Shown here piece after piece: positions 23,890 to 36,759 of a stretch of DNA of 64,000 nt; the first letter of the stretch is position 1; each line of letters starts with the position of its first letter. The DNA comes from Octopus vulgaris. Taxonomy: Eukaryota. Below the pieces are notes generated by a model that was not told the DNA's origin, made no database searches, and saw nothing but the letters and a program-made list of their open reading frames with translations. The translations under genes and the position numbers were made by a program. The DNA is taken from NCBI GenBank assembly GCA_951406725.2, contig OX597816.1, positions 120,962,001 through 121,026,000 of the forward strand. The letters are read 5' to 3'.

Positions 23890-24028
23890 TTTGAGGAAAA
23901 CATTAAGACTGGTTCTAAGACACTAATAGTTAAATTACCTCCAAGATTTGTGAAGGCAAGAAGAATATTCTGTAGATATTTACTCAGCAGATTGAATAGT
24001 GTCGAATATAAAGAAAGCTGGAAATATT

Positions 24029-24199
24029 CTTTTCTACTTTAGGCACAAGGTCCGAATTTTTTTCGGGGAAAGTGGCCAATCGATTAAATTGACACTAGTA
24101 CGCAACTGGTACTTAATTTATCGACCCCGAAAAGATGAAAGACAAAGTCGACCTCGGCGGAATTTGAACTCATAACGTAAAGGCAGTCGAAATACTGCT
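24029..24199 (-). mobile_element. SINE family M, 5'-truncated with 18-bp TSD
   Basis: aagaaagctggaaatatt at 24011-24028 and 24200-24217. Confidence 0.9.
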
Positions 24200-24278
24200 A
24201 AGAAAGCTGGAAATATTGAAACTTTAAGAGATTAGTATATATTCGTTTCACCCCCAGAAAGTATGGATGTAGAGAGAA

Positions 24279-24597
24279 GGTGTGTAGCTTAATGGTTAGG
24301 GTATTCGGCTCACGATCGCAAGGTCCTGAGCTCGATTTCCAATGACGCATTGTGCCCTTGAGGAAGACACTTTATTTCATGTTCCTCCAGTCCACTCACC
24401 TGGCAATAATGAGTAGTACCTGTATTTCAAAAGGCCAGCCTTGTCACACATTGTGTCACGCTGAATCTCCTTGAGAACTACATTAAGGGTACACGTGTCT
24501 CTGAAGTGCTCGGCCACATGGACTTTAATTTTATGAGCAGGCTGTTTCGTTGACCGGACCAGCTGGAACCCTCACCGCCATAACCGACGGAGTACTA
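24279..24597 (+). mobile_element. tRNA-derived SINE, head A with tail X
   Basis: tagcttaatggttagg A-box, CORE-like body, tail ending taaccgacggagt as at 28328 and 47091. Confidence 0.85.
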
Positions 24598-25363
24598 TAT
24601 ACATGCATATATGGGTGTAGACGCGGCTTTGGCTATGTGATAAAGTAATTCAATCGCTAACCATTTGGTTTCAGGTTTGATTCCTTTGCACAGTACTTTG
24701 ACGAAGTAAATAAACGACCGCAACTCTCGAGTTGAAACTAGTAAAGAAAAGAAAAGTGTGTGTGTGTGTAATTATCATCGTATGTAAACGACTGACTTCT
24801 ATATTGATACGGTTTGGACTGTTCAATAGAATCTGACGTGTCTGCTTGCCATGGTTTCTATGACTTGATGTGCTTCCTTACGTCAATCACTTTACAACGT
24901 GTGCTTGAAGCTATTTTCGTGACACCAGGAACAGTAAATATCGCTTCGTAACATGCAAGACTAAGAGCTTAAAGTGCCGCCATAATTGAGTGGCAACAGC
25001 CGAGTGAATGTTTGACGATTCTAAGCAGAGGTGATGGCGCGTTCTGCGTGACACGTATTGTTTGCTTTGGAGAATTAATAGAGTTGGCACATGGAAGGAA
25101 AGGCCTAAAATTTTAAACATTTATGAAATCGTGGGAAGCACAAGGATTGGCTGTGCACAATGTTTCCAGTAGAGGAAAGATGAAGCTGATTTGTAGCTAG
25201 AGTCAAAATGTTCTACTTGACTAGCATTGGACTTAGGAAAGATAGAAGAGACAATGATATAAAAAAGCTGGAAAAAGGAAGTAAATACGCTTCATCGTGG
25301 ATATGGCAGAGGTTTATGGATAGAAAGAGCTAGCTGAGAGCAAAGAATGAATCCTCAGAGAAT

Positions 25364-25876
25364 TGAGACCCCCTTCGGTCATGAATGACCATGGGATTGC
25401 ACCTAGAAAGTTACCCTCCGAGGCACAAGTCTGGGCAAGGTTGTTTATGGAAGACCAGCAGTCGCCCACTTGTACCAGCCTTCCCGCTCCACGCCACCGA
25501 TGTTATCCAAAGGAAAGGCAAAGGCCAATACAGCTTGGCACCAGTGAAGTCGCAGTTCATTTATTAACGTGCAAGTGGCTGAGCACTCCACAGACACGTG
25601 TACCCTTAACGTAGTTCTCGGGGAGATTCAGCGTGACACGGAGTGTGACAAAGCTGGCCCTTTGAAATAAAGGTACAACAGAAACAGGAAGAAAGAGTGA
25701 GAGAAAGTTGTGGTGAAAGAGTACAGCAGGGTTCACCCCCACTCCCTACCGGAGTCTCGTGGAGCTTTTAGGTGTTTTCGCTCAATAAACACTCACAACG
25801 CCCGGTCTGGGAATCGAAACCGCGATCCTACGACCGCGAGTCCGCTGCCCTAACCACTGGGCCATTGCGCATCCAC
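25364..25876 (-). mobile_element. Chimeric SINE: tRNA head B and body X fused to tail Y
   Basis: 25876-25561 matches 27985-28260 and 30009-30205. 25560-25364 matches 6393-6590. Confidence 0.85.
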
Positions 25877-26152
25877 CAGAGGATAATAATAGAACAAAAT
25901 AGGTACTGCATTGTTATAGCGGTTACAGTTATAATGGTTTGATGTGGTAAGTGTACTGAGAGTAAAGGGCAAATGAGTGCAACAATGTTATCAGAAGATG
26001 CTGAAAATTCCATGGTAGCATCAGTGTTGTTCGGCATTGTTAGAGAAAACGATACAGTCGGAAGGAGTCGAAATTATTGTGCCCCCACACCCACCATTTA
26101 ACAACTAATGATGAAGGTGACAAGCATCACAAGGTATATGCAAAATATGCGC

Positions 26153-26183
<31 letters not shown>

Positions 26184-26247
26184 TGTGTATCGTTTAGTTT
26201 TGTTGGGGCAGAGCCTCAGAATGCGCTTTTAAAATCTCCTATGCTTC

Positions 26248-26284
<37 letters not shown>

Positions 26285-26526
26285 AATAATAATAATATGT
26301 AAAAAATCGTATTAACTGGAACGGCTCATGTACTGAGAAGAGCATTATCGCTGTGAAAACAACATCCATCCATGAATTTATTTATTTATTTATTTTTAAA
26401 TACATATTTTATCTGTGAATTTGCGCGTGTTACCTGGGAATGCATACGATGAGCTTCTCTGCCCTAGGTGTATGGAAAACACCCGGCGAGAAACGGAAGA
26501 AAGAAGGAAAAAACATCATCATCATC

Positions 26527-26560
<34 letters not shown>

Positions 26561-26566
26561 TAATAA

Positions 26567-27030
26567 AGATGGGCTACAGCAAATATTCTGCTCAATACTA
26601 CAGATTTGCTTGTCAGTTGTTTGACCATAACCAGTTGAGCATGTCCCTTAGAGGCTGACGTTATGTGCTTCTCTGATTACGAGCAGAAGTAGCGGGGGAG
26701 CATCATAGCCATGTGTTGAGAGGGATTCTTTGGGGTTTGGATAATTCACCTCTGGAAACATGGGTGGTTCATTCAACATCCTTAAGCAACCCTTATTCAG
26801 GGACCTTTTGAGCAGGATGGGCTACTCGACCAGAAGAAAATTGTAACTGGGCCCCACCTGAAAAGTCATGTACTGTTCATCTCGATATGAGATCACTATA
26901 TCGCACACATATAGTTGTGATACATGCGCCTAGTGTACCCTTATCAGACGGGTAGTCATGATGGGTATACTGGGCTTCGAATATTTTACCCCAGTGTCAC
27001 TTTGATGGCATGCACTGCTCTCTCACTCAA
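26567..27030 (+). mobile_element. (AAT)n-flanked non-coding retro-like repeat
   Basis: Sits between (AAT)n tracts and ends ctgctctctcactc(AAT)n. The 3' ~140 bp recur at 33612-33753 with the same end. Confidence 0.7.
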
Positions 27031-27032
27031 TC

Positions 27033-27065
<33 letters not shown>

Positions 27066-27066
27066 C

Positions 27067-27099
<33 letters not shown>

Positions 27100-27448
27100 G
27101 TAACTATAATAACTTACGCATAAAAGTTCATAGGCTTTATTAATGCATCACAAAATATGTTTCTGGACACCACACGCTCATTAAGTAACAATGTTCCATA
27201 TTCATAAGATATTACTTGAGATTACTCTTAATATTTATGAATCTGAAATTTTTTGTCAACCCCATGGTAGTGCTTCAGCATTGCCACATCTTTAGGGCTG
27301 AAACATATAAAAGAATAAACGAAGGAACGAGTGGGGTGCAGAAACATGTTGTGATACATTAATTATGTCTATGAATTTCCATTGCTAAGTTATTATTGTT
27401 ATATATATAATACACACACACATATGTATATGTATGTATTTGTATATA

Positions 27449-27574
27449 TCCGCCGAGGTCCACTTTGACTTTCATCCTTTCGGAGTCGATAAAATAAGTA
27501 CCATTTGAGTACTAGGGGCGATGTAATCCACTATCCCTCCCCCCAAATTTCAGGCCTTGTGCCTATAATGGAAA

Positions 27575-27577
<3 letters not shown>
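27449..27577 (+). mobile_element. SINE family M, 3' part
   Basis: ccgccgaggtccactttgactttcatcctttcggagtcgataaaataagtacc. Confidence 0.85.
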
Positions 27578-27633
<56 letters not shown>

Positions 27634-27752
27634 AAAAGAAATGGAGTAACAATTACCAATTAGAAGTTGATCATTGGCGTTAAAAGTTCATAGTTTAATT
27701 GTAGTTCAAGTACATTTACAGCTGTTTCACTTTATTTCGAAGAAAATTTGCG

Positions 27753-27950
27753 TATGCGTATGTATGTATGTATGTATGTATGTATGTATGTATGTTTGTA
27801 TGTTTGTGTGTATGTATGTATGTATGTATGTATGTATGTATGTATGTATGTATGTATGTATGTATGTATGTATGTATGTATGTATGTATGTATGTATGTA
27901 TGTATGTATGTATGTATGTATGTATGTATGTATTTATGTATGTATGTATA
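27753..27950. repeat. (TATG)n microsatellite
   Basis: Direct inspection. Similar tracts at 34505-34660, 48610-48860 and 52235-52300. Confidence 0.97.
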
Positions 27951-27984
27951 TACACATTCATATATACATATATATATTTATGTG

Positions 27985-28328
27985 GAGCTGTTAGGACAAC
28001 GGACTCGCGGTTTCGATTCCCAAATCAGGCGTTGTGAGTGTTTATTGAGCGAAAACACCTGAAGCATCACGAGGCTCCGGCAGGGGGTGTGTGTGACAAA
28101 TCCTGCTGTACTCTTTCACCACAACTTTCTCTCACACCTGCTTCTGTTGTACCTGTATTTTAAAGGGCTAGCCTTGTCACACTGCGTCATGCTGAATCTC
28201 CTCGAGGACTACGTTTAGGGTGCACGTGTTTGTGGAGTGCTCAGCCACTTGCACGTTAATTTCACGAGCAGGCTGTTCCGTTGATCGGATCAATTGGACC
28301 CTCGTCGCCGTAACCGACGGAGTGCCAC
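27985..28328 (+). mobile_element. SINE head B with tail X
   Basis: cggactcgcggtttcgattccc...cgtaaccgacggagtgcca. Confidence 0.87.
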
Positions 28329-28444
28329 GATATACTTATACATACATATGCATATCTATATGCATGTGTGTGCACAAAATTGTTGGCGTTCAAGGTTGCC
28401 TATTTAAAGTAGATGTTCAGTAGTAAACAGTACCTCATAAGTGC

Positions 28445-28498
<54 letters not shown>

Positions 28499-28949
28499 GG
28501 AGGGGAGCAAAAAATAATGAAGAAAAACGTATCTTTTCTTCTGCTTAGCTTTTTCCTTTCACTTCTTTCTTTGTTTGTTTCTTGAATTTATTTTTATCAA
28601 TTCGTTAGCTATTTTTTTCTTCTCCTTGAAATCATGCAACAAAGATCCAATTGTTTAAAAGGCAGAATCTTCGTATCAAGCCCAGCCATTTCCTCTTATG
28701 TGCTGAAGCCGGATATAGGGTGAACAACCAGTGTTCGTCACGTCTGTGAAATATTTCCGTCTATGAAGTACATCTTTCTAGGGCGCTAAGATCACCGGAA
28801 GTAGTAGGGATTGTGTTACAGGAACGTTTTACAACTGTTTTTCTTTTTTTTTTTTTCCATGCGCCTACCAAAATGATTAGCTTCTTTTGTTGTAATTCCA
28901 GTTCAAATAAGACATTCGAGCTAAGTATCTTCCAATTTAGAATACCCTG

Positions 28950-29880
28950 CAGTGGTGGTGGAAGTAGTGGAGATGATGATGATGATGAGGATGATTATGA
29001 TGATAAAGATGATGGTGATGAGGATGAGGATGAGGATGGTGATGATGATAAGGATGATGATGGTGATGATGATGGTGATGATGAGGATGATGATGATGGT
29101 GATGATATGATAATGATAGCGATGGCAATAATGATAGTGATATCATCATCATCATCATCATCATCTTGATCATCGTTGATGTCGTTGTTGGGGTCATTGT
29201 GATCGTCAATTCATCAATCGTTGTCGGTATCGTCGTCGTCATCGTCGTTGTCGTCGCGGTAATTATGATCCCCACCACCACCATCATAGTCACCATCATC
29301 ATCGTCGTCGTCGTCGCCATCATCCTCATCATCTTCAGCCATAGCTACACCAGCAGATGAAGATAATAATGATTGTGATGAATACTTTTACGTAACCTTC
29401 AAAAATACAGCAGCACCACCACCATCACAACAATAACAACAACTTCCACTACCATTTTCTGTATCTCCACCATCGACTTCACGTCACACCACCACCACCG
29501 CCATCATCATATCCCCCGCCACATCTCTCCACCCCACCCACTGCCGCCACCATCACCCTCCCCACCGCCGCCACTACTATCCTTCTCACCGCCGCCACCA
29601 TCCTCTCCTCACCACCACCACCACCACCACCACCATTACCGTCGACATTTCCGCTACCCCACTACCGCAGTCACCATTACAATTACTGCCATTATCACCA
29701 TCCACATACATATATCTCGTCGTCATTGTCGTCGTCGTCGTCGTCCTCCTCATCATCATCATTATCCCCATCATCTTCATCATCATCATTACGACTGACA
29801 TCACTAAAAATACAACCACCAACACCTCTTCAACATCAGCAGCAGAAAGTAGCATCAAGAACAACGTGAACATCAATAAT
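28950..29880. repeat. Degenerate trinucleotide simple-sequence field (GAT/CAT/CGT/CAC)
   Basis: Direct inspection. Confidence 0.9.
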
Positions 29881-30008
29881 TACAGAAACACATAAATAGT
29901 ATTGTGGTTAAACTCTCTTATGTATTTTCGAATACAATAGTCTTAATTTGCCTTTGACATTATGTCTGTGACAGTCACATAACAGCAGTAACAACAACAG
30001 CAACAACA

Positions 30009-30205
30009 GTGGAGGCGCAATGGCCCAGTGGTTAAAGCAGCGGACTCGCGGTCGTAAGAACGCGGCTTCGATTCCCGGACCGGACATTGTGAGTGTTTAT
30101 TGAGCAAAAACACCTAAGCTTCACGAGGCTCCGGCGGGGGGGGGGGGATGAACCCCGCTGTACTCTTTCACCATAACTTTCTCACACTCTTTCTTCCTAC
30201 TTCTG
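30009..30205 (+). mobile_element. SINE head B (tRNA-Arg-like), 3'-truncated
   Basis: ggaggcgcaatggcccagtggttaaagcagcggactcgcggtcg...ggcttcgattccc: A-box, TCG anticodon-like loop, B-box. Confidence 0.85.
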
Positions 30206-30229
30206 TCACAAAGCAGAGGAACCATGGTG

Positions 30230-33200
30230 TAACCCACTATGGTGTGGTAAACTTTCAGACCCTAGTCTAGATTGCAAATCCTCTGTACCCCAGGATGCTT
30301 CAGCTCTCCACCCGTTAAAAGCCACCGTTTACGGAATGAGGATAACAACGTCTATCGCGTGTGGTGGGTGGATCTTCAAGTTGCCACACGCATTCTTAGT
30401 ATGCTAAATACCTTTGTAATGCCGAAAAATATCGTAACCATTGGTCCAGCTGTCTAGCCGTGAAGAGGGAACAGACAAAGAGACGGACAGACAGCACTTC
30501 CATGCCTGTAGAGCTTGTCTTAAACTGGCAGAACTCATCGGTAGCACTGCCAGGCCAGGGAATTCTGGAAGTTATCCATTGGCCCCGGCCCGAAAGTCCT
30601 CTGGAAAAGAACAGTTAGTTGATCCCTCCCGACGCCCAGAGTTTCCCTCCACTAATCCCCTTTAGAACTCCATAGAGGAACTTCCACCGACTCTTTGCCT
30701 GACTGGCAGAGAACTGTGAGCGCTTGCCGATACTCAAGGTACCAAGCGCCCTTTCTTGGTCTACACTTGATCCAGGCCTGTAGCTCCGTCAATGAGCTGT
30801 GAAAAATCCTGTGTGACAAACGGCGACCACACCTACTCACCGTTAAGAAAGCGCTGGAGATGTTGCAGCCTCAGTACATGTTTGTGTATCATTAGTTCCA
30901 GCATGCCCAGCCCTTCACTCAGCGGCTGTCGACAAGTGGAACATGTCCCTTCCACAGAAAGCAGAAGAGTAAGCGCTCCAGCTTGATCAACCACGAAGTA
31001 GGGCAAGGGACGACGGTCAGGCGGTAGTAAATGACAAGCGATGTATGCATTCGCCACCTCCATCCGACCCTTCAGGAATAGCTTCCTCTCTGCCCATTTC
31101 TGGATGAGACTGGCTGCCCTGCTCGTCACCTCCGCACAGTTTTTGTCCACATGGAAGTCCAGACCAAACCAGACCCCGAACAATTTAACCAGTCCTTCCG
31201 TCCAGCGCCCTACAACGCTGTCGGTTGGCATGGACCTACCTCTCCAGGTGCCGAGCTGTAGACCAACCGAATTGTCCTGATTAAGTTTTGCTCCTGTCAC
31301 TGCTTCGTACTCCCTTAGAGCAGTGTCGATCACCTCGATTTCCGAGCTATCCGACACTATTACGGTGACGTCGTCCGCATATACTGACACAAACCTTCCG
31401 CATCCTAGATCACGCGGGATGCCCCTCGAAATATCCAACTTCCTTAGTAATGGCTTAGAGCCTGTACGTACAGAAGAGGAGAGAGTGGGCATCCATGACG
31501 GACCGAATGAGTGATACTAAACGATTCCGATAGGTGGCCGTTTACTTTGACCACCGAACAGATGTCACTGTACATTGCAGCGATCCAGCCTCTGAAAATG
31601 GGACCGAAACTGGCAGCCGCAAGGACAGCCTCCAAGTATTGATGGTCGAAAACTCTCGATTGATCCAAATTGATCAGGGCCCTACCCATGCCAGTTTCCT
31701 TCCCTACCCTCTCTATGATGTAACGCGTGAGGTAATGGTTGCCGTGGATAGATCTTTTTCAGGATCGTGCATGTCTGCGCTTCACCGACGTTAAGCGCCA
31801 ATCCCTTGGCTAACACCTTGCCCAAAATCATATAATTTGCGTTCCGCAGAGTTATGGGCCTAAAATTATATAATTGGTCTCCTATTTGGGTTCTTACTCA
31901 GCAGCACCACCACGTCACGGCTCACAGCACTGGGCATTCTCCCGTTCTGCTGTCAGTTGTAATAGACATTTGTCAAGAGATCTTCGAACATGTCTGGCAT
32001 ATGATAATAAAATTCGAAAGGCAAACCATCCAGCCCCGGAGACTTCTCTCTTGTGCAGCTCATCATCACGTCCCATATATCTTCGGCTGTTGTCGGCATT
32101 TCGCAGAACTTCGCATTCCTTGCCGAAAGGCGCAGCATACCGTTGAGGTAGGAGGTGAAATCTACCTCCATCTCCGAGACACCGCACACCCCGAACTGTT
32201 CGGTGAAGTGCCGATGTAACTCCGTGCATATCTGCTCGGATTCGTGTTGCATACGTCCATCCCGTCTCGTCAAAGACCGATTTGAGGCTTTGTTGCCAGT
32301 TGCACTTCTGCCAACCGGCCCCAACGAACGGTTTTCGTCCCCCCATGTTTCAGTGTACGCGCTCTAGCTCTGATAACGCAACCTTCGTGCTTGGCATTGC
32401 GTCAGTCGCAATGCCGCTCCTAAACGCTTCATCTAGCTTCCTAACTAGCTTTCCCTCTATCCTAGTTTCCTCTAAGGCTATTTTCTTACTGCCTCTATTC
32501 TAATAGCCCTTTTCAGGGCTATCTACCATCGGCTTTTGACAATTGCGCCCGCCAACTTCTGATAGACTAGCTTGCTCACTAGGTTCAGAATGCTTGACGC
32601 GCTGGGAAATATGCGTTCAGCTTTCAGTAAAGGGAGCCCTGCCTGTGGATCTTATCTATGTCGGCTGTGTAGATCCCAAATTTGTGGTCTGTGTGGTCGA
32701 CGGTTTTGAAATGTGGACAACCTATGCTACTTCTGTCTAGTGGCCTGCAGAATATCCTGTCTAAATACGATCTGGAAACCCCTGTGCTGTTTGCTCATGT
32801 CCCCAATGGCGCACTCAGGAAGTCCTGTCGCTACCTGTCAACCAATTGTAAACGACTGAGCAGGTTTGCGAGTCTTTGGCACACCCCCTATCCAGGTGTG
32901 CATCCAAAATTGCGTTCTATCGCCCCCTAGAACTAAAGGGTGAGATGTCCCAAGGAAAACCTCCAAACGTCTGAAGAAATTTAGCTGCCCCGCCCCAGTC
33001 GGGGTGTACACAGTTACTAGTCTGGAAGCACCACCTTCGCTGTTGCTCACATCCATGACCACCAACTTACCTTCCGGGTCCAGGAAGATCGTCCGCAACT
33101 CGAGATCCGGATTTTTCTTAAACAGCACTGCCACGCTGTCCCACCTCCCATCTCAGGCCGACTAAGAGATGCACGGATCTCGAAATCGTCAGAAATGGGG

Positions 33201-33356
33201 GTTAGATCGCGTGTTTGGAAATCCTGGTTTCGCTGACAGCTGTCACGTTCATAGATAATGACCGGAGGTAGTTGAGCAGGCGACCCTGCTTCCAGAGCAC
33301 CTCAAGCCACGAACATGTATACTACCTACTCTTAAACAACTCATGATGACCGGACA
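30230..33356 (-). mobile_element. Tx1/L1-clade LINE ORF2 (APE endonuclease + RT), decayed
   Basis: MSCLRVGSIHVRGLR (ATG ~33343), DPEGKLVVMDV, KSPGLDGLPFEFY, INLDQSRVFD, VRHGCPLSPLLY, YADDVTV and GLGMLEL. Multiple frameshifts. Confidence 0.93.
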
Positions 33357-33418
<62 letters not shown>

Positions 33419-33429
33419 TAATAATAATA

Positions 33430-33608
33430 GTCTCAAATTTTGCCACAAGGGCAACAATTTTGCGGGAGGAGATGAGTCGGTTAAAACGATCCCAGTGTTC
33501 AACTGGCATTTATTTTATCGACCCCGTAAGGATGAAAGGTAAAGTCGACCTCGGCGGAATGTGAACTCAGAACGTAGCTGCTAACGATTCTGCCGGCTCG
33601 CCGCCTTG
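33430..33608 (-). mobile_element. SINE family M with (ATT)n tail, internally deleted
   Basis: Reverse complement of the family head and core. Tail ccttgtggcaaaatttgagact(att)n. Confidence 0.85.
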
Positions 33609-33611
33609 AAT

Positions 33612-33753
33612 AGAGATCACCATGTCGTGGACATATGGTTGTGATGCATGTGCCTGGTGTACCCTTATCAGACGGGTAGTCATGATGGGTATACTGGGCT
33701 TCGTATATTTTACCCTAGTGTCACTTTGATGGCATGCACTGCTCTCTCACTCA
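33612..33753 (+). mobile_element. Second, truncated copy of the (AAT)n-ending repeat
   Basis: Matches 26888-27030. Confidence 0.8.
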
Positions 33754-34016
33754 ATAATAATAATAATAATAATAATGATAATAATAATAATGATAATAAT
33801 AATAATAATGATGATGATGATGATGATGATGATAACAACAACAACAAATAACAAGAACAACAATGGTGACGATGATGACGATGATGATGAAATGCTGCTG
33901 CTGCTGCTGCTGCTGTTCTTTATGGTTACATCACAAGATTACTGCTCTAACTCACAACTATTAGTGCATGAAATTATAATTTGGAAAATAATAAGAGAAA
34001 GAAAATAGGGAATAAA

Positions 34017-34071
<55 letters not shown>

Positions 34072-34591
34072 CATGTACATACAAAATAGACGCGCACACG
34101 TTCACAGTCTCACGCACATTCATACACATAGATAGACACATAGGCACACAACACTCAACAATTTGCTGTACCTAAAAAGAGAAAGAGAGATCCACCCCCG
34201 CGTGCTGTATGTTTTATTGATATAATTATAATATCGCGTCAATGTATACGCGTGTTAAGGAAGGGCAGTGAATGAAAGAGAGAAAGATAGAGACAGACAG
34301 AGAGAGAGAGAGAGAGGGGGGGGAGGTAGAGAGAGAGAGAGAAGGGGAGGAAGGTGAGGGGGGGGAGAGAGTGAAAAAGGAAGAGAGTGTATTACTTTGT
34401 GTCCAAGTAAAAGTATATATATATATATATATACATACGTAATGAGAATGTGTAAAGAAATGAATACGTAATGCATAAATGAATGTGAATATGTATGTCG
34501 CATAAACATACATACATACATACGTTTATGCATATAAAATACATACATACATAAATATGCACATACATACATACATACATACATACATACA

Positions 34592-34622
<31 letters not shown>

Positions 34623-34660
34623 GTACATACATACATTTATACATATAAAATACATACATA

Positions 34661-34704
<44 letters not shown>

Positions 34705-35042
34705 GATAAAGGGTAAAAATCATTAATGATTTTACCAAGGCGTCAGCGTGGAAATAAAAACCTTATAGGGGAATTTTACAAGCATAATAATTTCAGGCTT
34801 TTTTTTTGTACCGTAAGCTTGAAACGGGATCTTGTACGCGTTTGACCAAAAGTTTAATTCACTATCTTTCTTTTGCTCGACTACAGCTGATGTTTTAATT
34901 TTGGGCGTTTTTAAGGTGGTATTAGCATCTTTTGGCGTCTATTTCTAGCTTGTGGAGAGGTTTGTAGCTAATCCCTTGTTATAATTATGTATATAATTAT
35001 TATAATATGTATATATAAGTAAACATGCTAGTTCTAAAATCT

Positions 35043-35105
<63 letters not shown>

Positions 35106-35299
35106 GCATGTATATAAATATGTTTTTTAAACACTACGTCTATAAGAAACGCCCTCGCCGCGACGACTACCACAATTTAGCAGGGCTTTCAACGATATAT
35201 CTGCTTTAAGTATGATACATAGATTGCTATTTTGAATTCATCCTGCTCCGTTACAAGTAACGAATAACCACATCCCCACACATTTATAACACAGACACA

Positions 35300-35333
<34 letters not shown>

Positions 35334-35679
35334 GAAAGAGAGGAAAAAATTTGTGTACGTGCACTGTTACATAAATCTTTGAAGCTATGCGGATGTACGT
35401 TGTTTGCATGTCGCTGTGTATGTATGTGTGTGTGTGTGAGTGTGTGTGTGTAAGTGCATGTGTTAGCGTTTGCGCACGCGCGAACTAGTCAAACTTTTGC
35501 CGCCTACATGTATTTTCATGCATTTTTTAAGTGTTTGTATATCCATCTGGTGTATGTACGCTGATGTGGTGTCCATGTACACCATTATAAAGATGTAAGA
35601 ATTTTATTTGCGACTGATATGTAGGTGTCTCAGTCCATGTTTGTCTGTCGTGTAAATATTGAGGAGTTTTTGTGAGTTG

Positions 35680-36110
35680 AGGGTAGATTTGGAGGAAGAG
35701 GCAGTAGCAGTAGCATCTCTTGGACTGGTGAGAGAGATGATGTTGAGTTCCACATAAAGTGTAACAAATCGAAGACTTGAGGAAAGGCGTATGCATTATG
35801 GGGGAATATTGCAAAATGTTCGATGCTCTGAGGTGGTAGTAGTTGAGGTGGTGCTAGTTGAAGAGAGAAGAGGATGAGGTAGAGGAGGAAGGACTATATG
35901 TAATGACCAACCGCTGGCCTTCTGAACAACATGCGTGAAGGGAGGAGTGGAGATGAGTGAGTGAAGATGCATGAGTGGTGGTCTGAGACCAGCCAACGCC
36001 AATTTCAAAAGTCGTTGTAATAGTTATAGAACAAGCAGAGAGCAGAGACATAGTGTCTGAGTGAGGCGAAAGGCTTGCCGCTGTCTGTGAGTGATTTTAT
36101 CAGAACTCAC
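35680..36110 (-). mobile_element. Decayed CR1/Zenon-like LINE 3' region
   Basis: KPFASLRHYVSALCLFYNYYN...PPLMH...WNS resembles QPLSHRRxVASLSLFYRYY...LWNSLP. Confidence 0.6.
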
Positions 36111-36227
36111 CACGATTTCTGACATTCTAACCATGATGTAACCGTCTGCTTTTGAGTTAAGAGAGTTCTCAATGTTTGTAAATATGTGGTAGAGTTGGTG
36201 TGTTGGTTGAGCTGTCGATAAAGAATT

Positions 36228-36510
36228 TCAATTGGAGAATCTTTGGAATGTCTTACAAATCTTCACCGTGCTACTAATAAATTGGGTTTGAAGAATCTGA
36301 GTCAGTTTCTTTTGCTCTTTCTTCGAAAAACCTAGTGTTTCTAGGTTTTTGTGTAAATTTGTAAGTGCGTAGCTAACTACACCTATCATAATAGGTACAA
36401 ATGAGAATTCATAGTCAGGACACAATATCTGTAAGTGCCGAGTTAATTCGCCATAAATATCCCCTATTTCTTGGACTTTTGATTGTACATTCACATTTGC
36501 TGGGCATATG
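36228..36510 (-). mobile_element. R4-like restriction-like endonuclease C-terminal fragment
   Basis: ICPANVNV...YGELTRHLQIL...FVPIMIGVVS...STVKICKTF*. Confidence 0.78.
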
Positions 36511-36759
36511 TACGTATGCCCAACATAATGCCCTTCTTCATTTACATAATGCGCAGAGTTGACTGGTGAAAGTCTGTCATAAATGACTCAATAATGTCCA
36601 GTCAATTCGATGTCAGTGACCAGGTCATTTCATCGGTAGCATCCAAGTTAGAATGCTACGAGTTTACTGAATGGCACTTAAAGAAAACATTGAACTAACG
36701 TTAAGGGTACTACGGAATATAAACTTTACCTTTCTGTTGATATTACAGGTAACAGATAA

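Noticed and set aside
27674-28062. MYVC-repeat ORFs (also 34255-34665, 48554-49020, 62813-63996)
   Set aside because: Stop-free (TATG)n, (TA)n and (CA)n tracts, not genes.
28813-29332. Asp-rich and His-rich ORFs
   Set aside because: Degenerate GAT/CAT repeat with no domain or splice support.
30011-30085. tRNA-Arg gene
   Set aside because: No proper acceptor stem or T-run terminator; it continues into a SINE body seen elsewhere in the window.
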